Shown: in pieces, positions 16,723 through 26,454 of the stretch | How the letters are laid out: each line of letters begins with the position of its first letter | Numbering within the stretch: position 1 is the first letter of the stretch | Virus record (IMG/VR): IMGVR_UViG_3300028284_000001 | Reading direction: 5' to 3' (one strand) | Length of the DNA stretch: 64,000 nt | Origin: a virus | Position numbers and translations under genes: made by a program | The notes under the pieces: generated by a model | What the model was told of the DNA's origin: nothing | The model's input: only the letters and a program-made list of their open reading frames with translations | Databases searched by the model: none

Positions 16723-17196
16723 TTAAAAGTCCTCGTTTCTAACTCTTAAGTCGTAATCTTTGAAGTGTTTAAACTGCTCATCGTCAGTAGTCATCCTTCT
16801 CATAATGGAATCATTTACATCATTCCTGTATTCTAATCTTTCGATTCTAGTAATTCTAGGTGGATCTAAATAAATTACCATGCATTTATCTCTATATTCT
16901 TTTGGTAAAACATCTAGCCCATCTTTTGACATTATCATTACATCTGCCTGTTCAAATTCTTCTTTAGTAAGTCCATAATACCAGTTGTTGAAAATCATAA
17001 ACTCTAACATCTCACCGGACTCAATAGTTTCTTTAAATTGATCTTCTGTCATAAAATGATAATCAACGCCATCGACTTCGTTTTTTCTTGGCAATCGCGT
17101 TGTACAACTAATACCAGGTTTAAAATTCTTAGCAATAAGTCTATTCTTTAAAAAATCCTTTCCAGCTGCTGCTTTACCTACTAGTATTAATTTCAT
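16723..17196 (-). CDS. gmk: Guanylate kinase-like protein
   Basis: GKAAAGKD P-loop, TTRLPRKNEVDGVDYHF, WYYG. Confidence 0.85.
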   Translation of the reverse strand: MKLILVGKAAAGKDFLKNRLIAKNFKPGISCTTRLPRKNEVDGVDYHFMTEDQFKETIESGEMLEFMIFNNWYYGLTKEEFEQADVMIMSKDGLDVLPKEYRDKCMVIYLDPPRITRIERLEYRNDVNDSIMRRMTTDDEQFKHFKDYDLRVRNEDF

Positions 17197-17201
17197 ATTT
17201 A

Positions 17202-17837
17202 TTATACGGTTGTTTTGGTTTTTGTTTTTATTTGATCTTTCCTTAAGTCTCTTACCACGTCTTTTCGGACTGTTTCTAAATATTGCTCTCTTTTTTTATT
17301 AGACACAAATGGCACTGACCAGAATTGCTTAGTCTTAAGCCATAATGATAATCGCCACCCAAAGACAAATGTAAATACTCCCATTACTAATCTTAATTTA
17401 GGCGAGTTTAAATAGAGTGTTTTAACTGGCAATGCTGGTGCTCCGTGTGTAATATATGTTCTTACTTTTTTATCACTTAAGAATGGTTTAGGGTAAGCGT
17501 ACGGTCCTATAACTGGCACGAATTGATATGCATACCCTGGGGTTAATACCTCATCAAAAAATATCTCCATTCTTGGTGTTAATCTAAACCACCAAACCGG
17601 TGAGATAAAGTAAATACGATCTGCCCATTTGACTAGCTCTTTATATTTTTCAATAAGATCTGTTCTTGGTCTAGCAAAACTATCACTGTATAATTCAATA
17701 CATTCTACTTCGTTTAAATAACCTGGAGTATTTAAAAGAGTTTTCTTAAGAGTCCTATAAATACCGTTATAGCAGAACGATCCCTCATCTGGATGTCCAA
17801 TAACTATTAGGTTTTGCATTCTTTCCTTCTTACTCAT
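17202..17837 (-). CDS. Flavodoxin-fold NAD(P)H-dependent oxidoreductase
   Basis: GHP..SF, WADRIYFISPVWW, FFDEVLTPGYAY. Confidence 0.85.
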   Translation of the reverse strand: MSKKERMQNLIVIGHPDEGSFCYNGIYRTLKKTLLNTPGYLNEVECIELYSDSFARPRTDLIEKYKELVKWADRIYFISPVWWFRLTPRMEIFFDEVLTPGYAYQFVPVIGPYAYPKPFLSDKKVRTYITHGAPALPVKTLYLNSPKLRLVMGVFTFVFGWRLSLWLKTKQFWSVPFVSNKKREQYLETVRKDVVRDLRKDQIKTKTKTTV

Positions 17838-17888
17838 AAAAATTTCTTAAATTGTGTTTCTTCTCTCTTTCGAGCTTGTTCTAATTTT

Positions 17889-18716
17889 TTAGCTTCGATC
17901 ACCATATAAAAAATCTTTTAAATCATCTCTACTGGTTGGGACATTATCCCATTTCTTATCATACCAAAATGTTCTGCCATTTCTATCTTTTCTCTTTGAC
18001 ATTTCAGCATTGCCATAACATAACATGAAGCGCTCTTGGATAGCCTCGTCTCCAAATGGATTATCCCAATCCTTTATGTTTCCACCGCCCTTAGCATACG
18101 CCAGAAGTGGTATATCTCGGCATAAATCTAGTAGTTTAGGATATTTAGCGAATTGCATGCCAGCTGGTAAGAATGGATCTACATCTCCGGCTCTGAAAAT
18201 GATTTCAGCTCTTAGGTAATTACCAATACCATTAAAATATTTCTGATCCATTAACATTTCATAGAGTGGTTTCTTAAGCTTAGTCAAGTTAGTCATGACA
18301 TTATCCCAAAATGCTTTGTAATCTGTTGTTGGGTCTGGTCCTCTGTTTTCTGACCATGCTAAACCTTGTTTCCATTTACCAAAACGTCTGACATCTACAA
18401 ATGATAATGTAGTATCTGCATCAGAATAAAATTTAAGGTGAGAATGTTTCAACTCTTGTCCAGTATGAGTTAGCTTAAAATGACCGGACATACCCATTGT
18501 GATTCTAACTGTAACAAATTGATCTGAATAGTTATCTAAGAAATAGAGTACCATTTCTTTTCCTTTTGATTTAGCTTTAATCTTAAACTTTGTAAAAGGA
18601 ATATTTAGGTCTTCACACTTATGGACTGGATTCTTTTCTACTTTTGTAAAAGTGATCCCCTCTGATACTTGATTAACATAGTCTGATGTGAACTTGAGTT
18701 CCGCTAACTCTGGCAT
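17889..18716 (-). CDS. nei: Fpg/Nei DNA glycosylase, NEIL1-like (zincless finger)
   Basis: N-terminal MPEL, MGMSG, FVDVRRFG, H2TH DQKYFNGIGNYLRAEI, DRNGRTFW without a Zn-finger. Confidence 0.9.
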   Translation of the reverse strand: MPELAELKFTSDYVNQVSEGITFTKVEKNPVHKCEDLNIPFTKFKIKAKSKGKEMVLYFLDNYSDQFVTVRITMGMSGHFKLTHTGQELKHSHLKFYSDADTTLSFVDVRRFGKWKQGLAWSENRGPDPTTDYKAFWDNVMTNLTKLKKPLYEMLMDQKYFNGIGNYLRAEIIFRAGDVDPFLPAGMQFAKYPKLLDLCRDIPLLAYAKGGGNIKDWDNPFGDEAIQERFMLCYGNAEMSKRKDRNGRTFWYDKKWDNVPTSRDDLKDFLYGDRS

Positions 18717-18734
18717 AATGGTATGATTTAATAG

Positions 18735-18761
18735 TTATATCTTATCATGTGTAATTGTTTC
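18735..18761 (-). promoter_or_regulatory. Middle-type promoter GAAAC-N17-TATAA
   Basis: Upstream of the nei operon. Confidence 0.65.
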
Positions 18762-18834
18762 ACTATCTTTATCATCTAAATCTTCGCGAGAATAATTCCA
18801 AGATTCTTCCCAAAATATGAAGCTGGGATGTGCT

Positions 18835-19086
18835 TTATTTAACGACATAAGTTAATTCAACTTCTGGATCATTAATAACACTGATAATCTTAGGTTCTGC
18901 GGCTCCATGTGTGGCTAAGATATGTGCCAGTCGGCCAAACGCGCCTGCTCTGCATAATCCATCGACTCCTTTTGATATATCATTAGGGTCCCTTAAAATG
19001 GTCGCTAAATGCAAATGCATAAACCCTTCTTCGGATTGCCAAGAATAATCTAATATTAAAGGTTTTTTAGAGATTATATTAATCAT
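18835..19086 (-). CDS. Hypothetical protein
   Basis: ORF in gene-dense minus-strand run. Confidence 0.5.
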   Translation of the reverse strand: MINIISKKPLILDYSWQSEEGFMHLHLATILRDPNDISKGVDGLCRAGAFGRLAHILATHGAAEPKIISVINDPEVELTYVVK

Positions 19087-19231
19087 ACTCGTCTAGATCA
19101 TTTACGGATCTAATATTTTTAAAATTAATTTTAGGCTCTTTACTTCGCTCCTTACGCTTCTTAAACTGTAGTGCTTTTTTACGACTTTCGTCGGAGTCAT
19201 TAGACATCTCAGGCCTGTTAGGCATTTTCAT
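19079..19231 (-). CDS. Small basic hypothetical protein (50 aa)
   Basis: MKMPNRPEMSNDS...KKRKERSK...LDEYD*; fills the gap between ORFs. Confidence 0.5.
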   Translation of the reverse strand: MKMPNRPEMSNDSDESRKKALQFKKRKERSKEPKINFKNIRSVNDLDEYD

Positions 19232-19236
19232 TAGAA

Positions 19237-19437
19237 TTATGTTTCTGAAGTGGTATTAGTTGAACACCATACTGGAGGTGGTGTCGTATCTGGGGGAGAA
19301 TAGTAGGGGTTAGGACCCGGGGCATATATTGGATATGACGGTGGATTGTAAACATCGTCTTTAAGTAAAACTACTGCTTCTTCAGCTGTAATTTGCTTTT
19401 TGTCTAATAGTTTCTGTACGATACTTGCCTTTGTCAT
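19237..19437 (-). CDS. Small Pro-rich hypothetical protein
   Basis: LLDKKQITAEEAVVLL plus Pro-rich tail; behind a middle motif. Confidence 0.7.
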   Translation of the reverse strand: MTKASIVQKLLDKKQITAEEAVVLLKDDVYNPPSYPIYAPGPNPYYSPPDTTPPPVWCSTNTTSET

Positions 19438-19455
19438 TTTTAATGTATTTAAGAT

Positions 19456-19482
19456 TTATACCTGGTATTTAACTAAAGTTTC
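19456..19482 (-). promoter_or_regulatory. Middle-type promoter GAAAC-N17-TATAA
   Basis: Exact motif. Confidence 0.6.
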
Positions 19483-19721
19483 TTTTTATAGTTTAAAAGC
19501 CATCCACATTTTTCATATTCTTCATAGAATTCAAAATGATCAATCATACTATCAATTTGACTTGGTTCTGGAATTGCATCTGGCTCTAGAAAAAAGATTG
19601 GCATGCATATTTCATCAGTATCTTCTAATTGAAAAGTTAATGCCATACAAATAGTTTCGATGGTTGCCTGTCCCGTTAACATTTGAAACGAGTTTTCTAT
19701 TGATTGTTGATAATCTGTCAT
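19473..19721 (-). CDS. Hypothetical protein (C-terminal EEYEKC motif)
   Basis: ORF directly after tRNA-Ser. Confidence 0.7.
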   Translation of the reverse strand: MTDYQQSIENSFQMLTGQATIETICMALTFQLEDTDEICMPIFFLEPDAIPEPSQIDSMIDHFEFYEEYEKCGWLLNYKKKL

Positions 19722-19735
19722 AATTTTAGTTTTTT

Positions 19736-19821
<86 letters not shown>

Positions 19822-19826
19822 TGTCT

Positions 19827-19925
19827 TTACATTAATGGCCCTGCACTACAACTATGAATAGCAGCTTTCATTCTCTGCTCCTCTAACCATTGTAGGTATT
19901 TCCAAAATCTTTTTAATCTTTTCAT
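19827..19925 (-). CDS. Possible small protein (32 aa)
   Basis: [32 protein letters not shown]; starts 1 nt after the KTSC stop. Confidence 0.35.
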   Translation of the reverse strand: MKRLKRFWKYLQWLEEQRMKAAIHSCSAGPLM

Positions 19926-19926
19926 T

Positions 19927-20247
19927 TTAATTTCCCATTTGATAATCAGCAGGTGGCAATTCATCTAATAAACTTCCAGGTGCTGTAACATTCTTAACAA
20001 GTCCACTAAGCTCTGCTTTAATTTCCTTTACTTCATACTTAGCATATTCAAATTCACCCTTAATATATTCATTAAGTGCTTTACCTTGAGAATCTGCTGT
20101 ATTAAATTTATCCCATGTATTTTGATCTACTGCTTCATAGACGTATGTTGCCCATTTAAAAACCACTGTTAGGGTTTTATCTGTAACGTTATATGTTGCT
20201 GAATTAATAGTAGAACTCGTGTAGTGTGATGTTGTGCTAGTTATCAT
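19927..20247 (-). CDS. KTSC-domain protein
   Basis: SSTINSATYN...LTVVF...YVYEAV...ADSQGKALNEYIK. Confidence 0.8.
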   Translation of the reverse strand: MITSTTSHYTSSTINSATYNVTDKTLTVVFKWATYVYEAVDQNTWDKFNTADSQGKALNEYIKGEFEYAKYEVKEIKAELSGLVKNVTAPGSLLDELPPADYQMGN

Positions 20248-20263
20248 AAATATAATTTATCTA

Positions 20264-21298
20264 TTATATGCGTTTTCTAATAATTGTTTTCGGAATAACT
20301 TGTTTTGTAACAACTATCGGTTCATTTTTTTGTTCAGTTGTATTATATGAACTTATCACTAAATCGTAATATTTGCATGATGCAAATTTATCTGCAGGTC
20401 TAAGTTGAGCAGTAGGTGCGTTTTCTGGATTACGTGATACTGCTTTATAGAATGGTCCTATTTCAGTATCTTCTAAAGTTGCTGCTTTTAATACTCCTGC
20501 ATTATGAAATATAGCATTTTTATCCCAGTAGTATATCGTAGAAGTTCCCCATGTAAAATCAAAATCTTTTGTGATTGGAGTTTTATATCCGGCTTTCCAT
20601 AAATTCCAAAGCACAGCCCACATATCTGCACACCATATTTGTAATGTGTTCCATTCCGGATTGGATTGTTTTTTAATATTAATCAGGGGTCTCATTTCTA
20701 AATATAGAGATTCACTATCACGATATACGTTTTGCCAGTACTTTGTTGTTATACCTGGTTTAATTAAATATTGAGCTCCTCCTGCTTCGCTATCTCTAGA
20801 TTTAACTTCATTAGAATCAATATTTACAATTTCGCACATTTTAAAGAATAAATCTTCTCCTCTATCAATTATATAGTCCGAAGAAATATAACTTGCGGTA
20901 TCTGATACAAAACATGTTTTATCTAGATTTAATTTATCGTGTAAAGTTAAAGGTCTTGTTAACGCAATATCACAATCATGATAAAAGAATGTGGATTGTT
21001 CTAAATACGGATGTATGTTCCAATGCTTCTCTAGAATATGAGGTCTAATTGAAGAAATATAAGATGGGGATTTTCTAGTATCTGTATAATATGCAAAGAG
21101 AACTCCTTTTTTAGTCCACTCTTCATCTACGCTTCTATATCTTTCGTGTATCTTATTATTTTGAATAGCTCCGACTATATGTACTTTGCTTAGATCGACA
21201 TTACCATTTTTTTCAAATGATAATAACATTGCAGCAATTTGCCATGAATAATAATAATTTGCAGGTTGACATGATATGTAATATATGTCCGGTGTCAT
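20264..21298 (-). CDS. GT-A fold glycosyltransferase-like protein
   Basis: YYSWQ, SIRPH, FFYHDCD (DxD), GGAQY, WCADMWA, FHNAG. Confidence 0.6.
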   Translation of the reverse strand: MTPDIYYISCQPANYYYSWQIAAMLLSFEKNGNVDLSKVHIVGAIQNNKIHERYRSVDEEWTKKGVLFAYYTDTRKSPSYISSIRPHILEKHWNIHPYLEQSTFFYHDCDIALTRPLTLHDKLNLDKTCFVSDTASYISSDYIIDRGEDLFFKMCEIVNIDSNEVKSRDSEAGGAQYLIKPGITTKYWQNVYRDSESLYLEMRPLINIKKQSNPEWNTLQIWCADMWAVLWNLWKAGYKTPITKDFDFTWGTSTIYYWDKNAIFHNAGVLKAATLEDTEIGPFYKAVSRNPENAPTAQLRPADKFASCKYYDLVISSYNTTEQKNEPIVVTKQVIPKTIIRKRI

Positions 21299-21303
21299 GA
21301 AGT

Positions 21304-24300
21304 TTATCTACCTAAATTAGAACCAGTTTTAACTTTAATACCTTGTGTAACTATTGCGTTCTTAAGTGAATTAACAGCTGCTACAACATCATCACCTCCG
21401 CCACCTCTGCTACGTCCAGTAAGTCCATCAACAACACCGCCAACCATACCACCAACTATCTGTCCTGGTACTGCAGCAATCTTTCCTAGAATTCCTTGTT
21501 GAGCTGCACCTTGTTCTTGTACAGTACTCTTAAACTCTGCTAGCATAGTTGCTAAATTATTTAATGCCTCTTCTAATGAAGAACCCATGCTTTCTAAAAT
21601 ATCTTCTGGAGAGTCGCCACCTTCAGCTAATACTGCTAATGCTTCAAACATTGCACGAGCTTCGGTAAGTTTTTCTAACTCCATTGAATTAATACCTGCA
21701 GAAATCTGTGGGAACGCAACTGCAGTCGCAGTCATGTTTGTTCCGATAGCATTCCAAAGTTCAGTTTGAGCGTTATATCCAGCGATTGGTCTTAGTAAGC
21801 CAACTCTACCAACAAACATACCTTTAAAGCTATTTAAGTTTTCTAAGTTAGCACTATTAGTAGCACCAATAATATCTTTAGCACCTTGACCCATTTTTTC
21901 GTATGAGTTCCCGACAGCAACAAATAATTTTGTTCTGGTATGAAGAGTCTCATCTTCAACATTTATCATGCTACCACCATAAACCGATGTGAATGCTGCT
22001 AATTGTTCAGCCTGTGCGTTATTAATAGAACCTACAATCATTGGAATAGCTATTGCCATTCTTAAATATGAAAGTGTTAATCCTTGTAAGAACTTAGTTT
22101 TAGATTCAAATAATTCTGCTGGAGATTCTCCACCAAAGATAGATGCAAATGCTTTTGCTTTATCTACAGTAAATGATGCAATAGAACCTACAATTAATGG
22201 GATAGCAACTCCTAGTTTTTCATAGGTCTTTCCTATTTGATCGATTAAACGAGTTTTAAGTGTTAGTAATCCTGCATCTTCTCCACCTGCATCAGTTAGA
22301 GATTTAATCATAGCAGTTACTTTATCTTTAACTTCTGTTGCATCAGAAATTCCTGAAGTAATTTTAGATACATGACTTACTGTATCTGCTAAAGAAGAAT
22401 AAGGTTCTGCTAACGAGTTTGCAACCCATACTCCTTTTTCGAAATCGTTTGAACTAAACCATGAAGTTTTTGCAGCTTCTCCTTTTCCTACTTCTTCAAA
22501 TACTCCAGCTAAACCTATAATAAGCGCTTTTGTATTTGCAGCTATCTTTTTAATTAATCCACCAACATTACCTATTGCTTTATATCCTGTTGCGTTACCA
22601 TCCTTATCGTAACCTGTTGGGAACTTTAAGTTTGCCATGTTCTGAACACCATTTGCTAATTCATAAAGAGGTGCTCCCATTTTCTTAACAACCTTAATAC
22701 CCTTTTCATAAGAAGAACTAGTAAACCATGAACTACCTTGTGCTGCTTCAGATTCTCCAACCTCTGCAAATGCAGAACTTAAACCTGTTACTATTAATTT
22801 AGTATTGGCAATTAAGTTTGGTACTGCAGATGTAAGATTAATAGTTTCATATCCTGTTGCATTACCTTCTTTATCATATCCTGTTGGGAATTTAAGTTCA
22901 GCCATTGATTGAACACCCCTTGCGATACTAGTTAAAGCACCTCCCATACCAAGTACTGATGAAATACCATCTGCTACTGCAGATTGACTACCACCACCAA
23001 AGATAGAACTAAATAAACCTTTCTTACCACCCGGGTACATTTTACCAATTTTACCAAACGTATCAGATAGTGCAAATGTTATTGATGCAACATTGTCACC
23101 TAATGATTTAAGATCTGCTGTTTCAGCTATCTTTTGGAATTGTTTAATACCGAATGCTACACTAGTTAATGCCACCCCTGCCATAATTAATGCAGGTGCA
23201 CCAACATACATTGCTGCAAGTTGTAAAGGTCCTAATGAGAATGAATTTGCGATTGCCTCAAACATAACTTCCATGTTTGTTTTCGGTCTACCGCCACCGA
23301 TTCCCATAAACCCTTTTGTCTTTTGTCCAGAATCTCCTAATACTCCTGTTCTTTTAGTTAATTGGTCAAAGTTTAATTTCTTTAAAATTAACATTCCAGC
23401 TCCTATTAATATAAGAGCTCCACCTGCTAATATCATTGCTCCAGCACCAAGTGCTATAAATGGAGCTGCAGCGCCTGCAAGTCCAAATGCGAGAGCTAAA
23501 CCACCTACTAGAGCCATGGTCTGTCCTATAAATTCCCAGCCATTATCTCCTAATGCATTTCCTAATATTTTAATTGCCACTGCATTGATTATTAATGCAA
23601 TACCAACAAGTATCATTGCTCCAGCACCAAGTGCAATAAAAGTTGCTTGAGTTCCTGCTAAATAAAATGCTGCTCCAATTAGACCTATTAATAATAAGGC
23701 TCCTAATGATTTTACAGCTTCTTCGCCAGAAATATTGCCAATAACTTTACTAAATATTAATAATGATAATCCTAGTACTAAAATTGATAGAGATGCCCAA
23801 AGCATTGCTTGCGCTCCTTTCTTTATGAACTTATCCATAACTCCAATTAGACCAAATGTTAAGCCAACTGCACCAACAACTAATGCTATTTCAAATAGTA
23901 CCGCCATTGGAGGTGATATTATATTAAATAGAGCTAATGCAATCGCTAAACCTAAGATAGCTCCTGCTACAAATAACAGCCCTTTACCTCCGTCTTCCAT
24001 GGAGTCTACAACTCCCATTTTATCTAATAAGAAGAAAACAGCTCCTATTGCTAGAATTGCCATTCCAGCAAACATCGCTCCCTTTAATGCAAATGGTGCA
24101 ATGAAAGAAGTTAATGCTAAAGCTACCATTACTGATAGTATACCTAAACCTGTCATTACTAAAGTGTCTGCTGTTTCTTTAGCTTTGTCCCCACCTAGTG
24201 CTCCAGCTATTCTTAAAATAAGCATCATTGCTGGAACTATTATTAATACTGCAAGTAAACCTTTAAGTGCTGGCATTATGAATAATGATGTTAATGCTAA

Positions 24301-24867
24301 TGTACCAACAAGAACTAAGATACCTAATCCTACACCTTTAAGATTCTCTAGTTTATCCATAGTCTTCTTGTCTAAATTCTTAGTAGACATAGATACTGCG
24401 GTAGTAATCGCGAAAAGAGTCAATGCTATAATTGGGGATATTGCCGCTGCAATAAGTAATAATGGTGCTGCTAGTATCATATAACCAGCAAATACTAAGA
24501 TAGATTTACCTACATCGCCTAATTTAGTTAGGCCTCCTATTAAGGCTTCTGTCTTTTCTGTAACTTCTTTTCCGGTACCTTCTAGTGAATTAATAGCATC
24601 TACTACATATTGTAATCCCATACCAACTTTACCAATAGCTGGTGCAACAATAGCAAGTGCTAGTGCTTGTTTAATATCTGAAGCACCAGATTTTGATTTA
24701 CCATCTTTGATATCTACAATTGCTGTAACTAATTCATCAATTCTAGTATATAAATCACCTCCGATTGCTACGGACGCAGTATTTTGCTCTATTAAGCCTA
24801 AAGTATCATTCCCTTGACCCATACGGTCAAAAGCAGAACCCATACTTTTCATAAAATTCATTGCCAT
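21304..24867 (-). CDS. Tape-measure-like tail protein
   Basis: 1187 aa, Ala/Gly-rich helical with a long hydrophobic block; follows tube and baseplate-hub genes; late motif at 24937-24945. Confidence 0.65.
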   Translation of the reverse strand: MAMNFMKSMGSAFDRMGQGNDTLGLIEQNTASVAIGGDLYTRIDELVTAIVDIKDGKSKSGASDIKQALALAIVAPAIGKVGMGLQYVVDAINSLEGTGKEVTEKTEALIGGLTKLGDVGKSILVFAGYMILAAPLLLIAAAISPIIALTLFAITTAVSMSTKNLDKKTMDKLENLKGVGLGILVLVGTLALTSLFIMPALKGLLAVLIIVPAMMLILRIAGALGGDKAKETADTLVMTGLGILSVMVALALTSFIAPFALKGAMFAGMAILAIGAVFFLLDKMGVVDSMEDGGKGLLFVAGAILGLAIALALFNIISPPMAVLFEIALVVGAVGLTFGLIGVMDKFIKKGAQAMLWASLSILVLGLSLLIFSKVIGNISGEEAVKSLGALLLIGLIGAAFYLAGTQATFIALGAGAMILVGIALIINAVAIKILGNALGDNGWEFIGQTMALVGGLALAFGLAGAAAPFIALGAGAMILAGGALILIGAGMLILKKLNFDQLTKRTGVLGDSGQKTKGFMGIGGGRPKTNMEVMFEAIANSFSLGPLQLAAMYVGAPALIMAGVALTSVAFGIKQFQKIAETADLKSLGDNVASITFALSDTFGKIGKMYPGGKKGLFSSIFGGGSQSAVADGISSVLGMGGALTSIARGVQSMAELKFPTGYDKEGNATGYETINLTSAVPNLIANTKLIVTGLSSAFAEVGESEAAQGSSWFTSSSYEKGIKVVKKMGAPLYELANGVQNMANLKFPTGYDKDGNATGYKAIGNVGGLIKKIAANTKALIIGLAGVFEEVGKGEAAKTSWFSSNDFEKGVWVANSLAEPYSSLADTVSHVSKITSGISDATEVKDKVTAMIKSLTDAGGEDAGLLTLKTRLIDQIGKTYEKLGVAIPLIVGSIASFTVDKAKAFASIFGGESPAELFESKTKFLQGLTLSYLRMAIAIPMIVGSINNAQAEQLAAFTSVYGGSMINVEDETLHTRTKLFVAVGNSYEKMGQGAKDIIGATNSANLENLNSFKGMFVGRVGLLRPIAGYNAQTELWNAIGTNMTATAVAFPQISAGINSMELEKLTEARAMFEALAVLAEGGDSPEDILESMGSSLEEALNNLATMLAEFKSTVQEQGAAQQGILGKIAAVPGQIVGGMVGGVVDGLTGRSRGGGGDDVVAAVNSLKNAIVTQGIKVKTGSNLGR

Positions 24868-24946
24868 GGATTAACTATGAAGGTTTTTTTTAAAGTATAC
24901 AAGAACACCACAATAAGTGGTGTCCCTGTTACTATATTATATATCC

Positions 24947-25255
24947 CTATAACTTTGGCATCTTGAGAGATGGAGTTTTGAGATTAGGGGTTTTTGGCAT
25001 CTTAGGACTTGAAGCTGATCTCATAGATTGCATCTGCGAGTCCTGTTGTTCTTGTGATTCCCCTTGCTGTTTATTCTTAGCTTTGATGTATTCCGAAAGA
25101 TTCTTGACGTAGTACCAATACTCGTAGTAATACATGTTTTCAATTTCCGACGGTTGCATCCTAAGATGAATACCCAGATAGAACTTTGTCTTAAAGTAGT
25201 TCTCCAGCGAGATCTGAAATAATGAAAAGACTTTTGATGCCACCTGGGAAATCAA
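24947..25255 (-). CDS. gp51-like baseplate/tail assembly chaperone (start uncertain)
   Basis: SLENYFKTKF...SEIENM...E..YY..L motif; overlaps the upstream gene in the +1 frame. Confidence 0.6.
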   Translation of the reverse strand: MISQVASKVFSLFQISLENYFKTKFYLGIHLRMQPSEIENMYYYEYWYYVKNLSEYIKAKNKQQGESQEQQDSQMQSMRSASSPKMPKTPNLKTPSLKMPKL

Positions 25256-26192
25256 GAGGGGCTTTCGCAGTCTCTCCTTCGTAAGTGGTTTCTAATTCGG
25301 GTTGTACACCGATTTTCATTCTTTCAGCTAATCGGTAAATTACCATAAACTTTTTCTCGTCCCATCCTTTATATTCCATTTCTAATTGGAAAATCTTCTT
25401 TAAAGATAATGATCTCCAGTTTGATTGCATATAAGGTAACACTTGAATAAATGCTTTATCAAAATCTTGGTCTTTCTCTTGTTTATCTTTAAGATACGCC
25501 GTGATTTCTTGCATTACACCAATTGTAGGTGGTTTCATCATTACAGTTCCTGCAGACTTAGTTTTAATTACATAAGTTCTGTCTTTAGCAGAGTAATAAT
25601 TTTCAATTTGCTCATCAATTATTGAAGGTACTAAATTTTTAACATGTAATTCTATTTCTACTGATTTCTTTGTTTTATCAGTTTTACCTTTGAGCATTAA
25701 TTTGTTCTCAGGTTCTGGAAATGAAAGATCTCTAATAGAAAGTAATAAAATAATTCTATCTTCTTCTAATACATCTTTGTAAGACATTCTAGTTGCACCG
25801 GAATCAAACTGTGCACATGATTCTACTATTGAATTTAGTTTATCTTCCATATCGATGTAATTGTTTTCATCCATAGTAGAAAAATGTCTAATTTCAGCAG
25901 CTTTAGCAGATCTAATTTTAATAACTGTATCTTCAGGGTAAAATTTAGCCTTTGAAGGTAAAGTTTCTAGATCTAATACATGCCATCCTAAGATTTGATC
26001 TGCTGATCTAGCCTTTTCAGGAGTAAAATTATCCATATTAACTCTACCTAATCCGGAAGAGTCAACTGCCGCTGTCATTGCGTCAGCAGAGTCATCTGTA
26101 TTTACAGAGACTTTTTTTGTTTCTTTTGCATCAAGGGCGGCAGCTGCTGCAGCTTCTCTTTCTTGATTCATTTTGTTAAGTTCCTCACTCAT
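25191..26192 (-). CDS. gp26-like baseplate hub / tail assembly protein
   Basis: LPSKAKFYP, EDRIILLLSIR, MKPPTIG, GGIKSLF; lies between tube and tape measure. Confidence 0.6.
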   Translation of the reverse strand: MSEELNKMNQEREAAAAAALDAKETKKVSVNTDDSADAMTAAVDSSGLGRVNMDNFTPEKARSADQILGWHVLDLETLPSKAKFYPEDTVIKIRSAKAAEIRHFSTMDENNYIDMEDKLNSIVESCAQFDSGATRMSYKDVLEEDRIILLLSIRDLSFPEPENKLMLKGKTDKTKKSVEIELHVKNLVPSIIDEQIENYYSAKDRTYVIKTKSAGTVMMKPPTIGVMQEITAYLKDKQEKDQDFDKAFIQVLPYMQSNWRSLSLKKIFQLEMEYKGWDEKKFMVIYRLAERMKIGVQPELETTYEGETAKAPLDFPGGIKSLFIISDLAGELL

Positions 26193-26193
26193 A

Positions 26194-26412
26194 TTATTTC
26201 TTTTTAAGGTTTTTAAGATTTTGTTTAATTATTGATTTCTGTTCGACACTTTTTTTAGAAAGTTCACCTTGTATAAGGCTTCTAATGAAAGCACTAACAG
26301 AAACAGGTCTTTGTTCAGTTTCTAGAGCCTCATTTAAAATGACTCTATTAACATCGCGGACTTCGTCTTCAGTTAACAATACCTGAAGTTTTTTTGTTAG
26401 TTTATCACTCAT
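26194..26412 (-). CDS. Small ribbon-helix-helix-like protein
   Basis: KKLQVLLTEDE...SVSAFIRSLI. Confidence 0.55.
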   Translation of the reverse strand: MSDKLTKKLQVLLTEDEVRDVNRVILNEALETEQRPVSVSAFIRSLIQGELSKKSVEQKSIIKQNLKNLKKK

Positions 26413-26454
26413 AATCTGTTATTATTAGGATATTATATTATGTTTTTGTTAGTT

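Noticed and set aside
21587-24484. Several long + strand ORFs inside the tape-measure gene (also within sheath, scaffold, guaB/C, nrdA and others)
   Set aside because: Antisense shadows of clear minus-strand genes; no motifs or promoters
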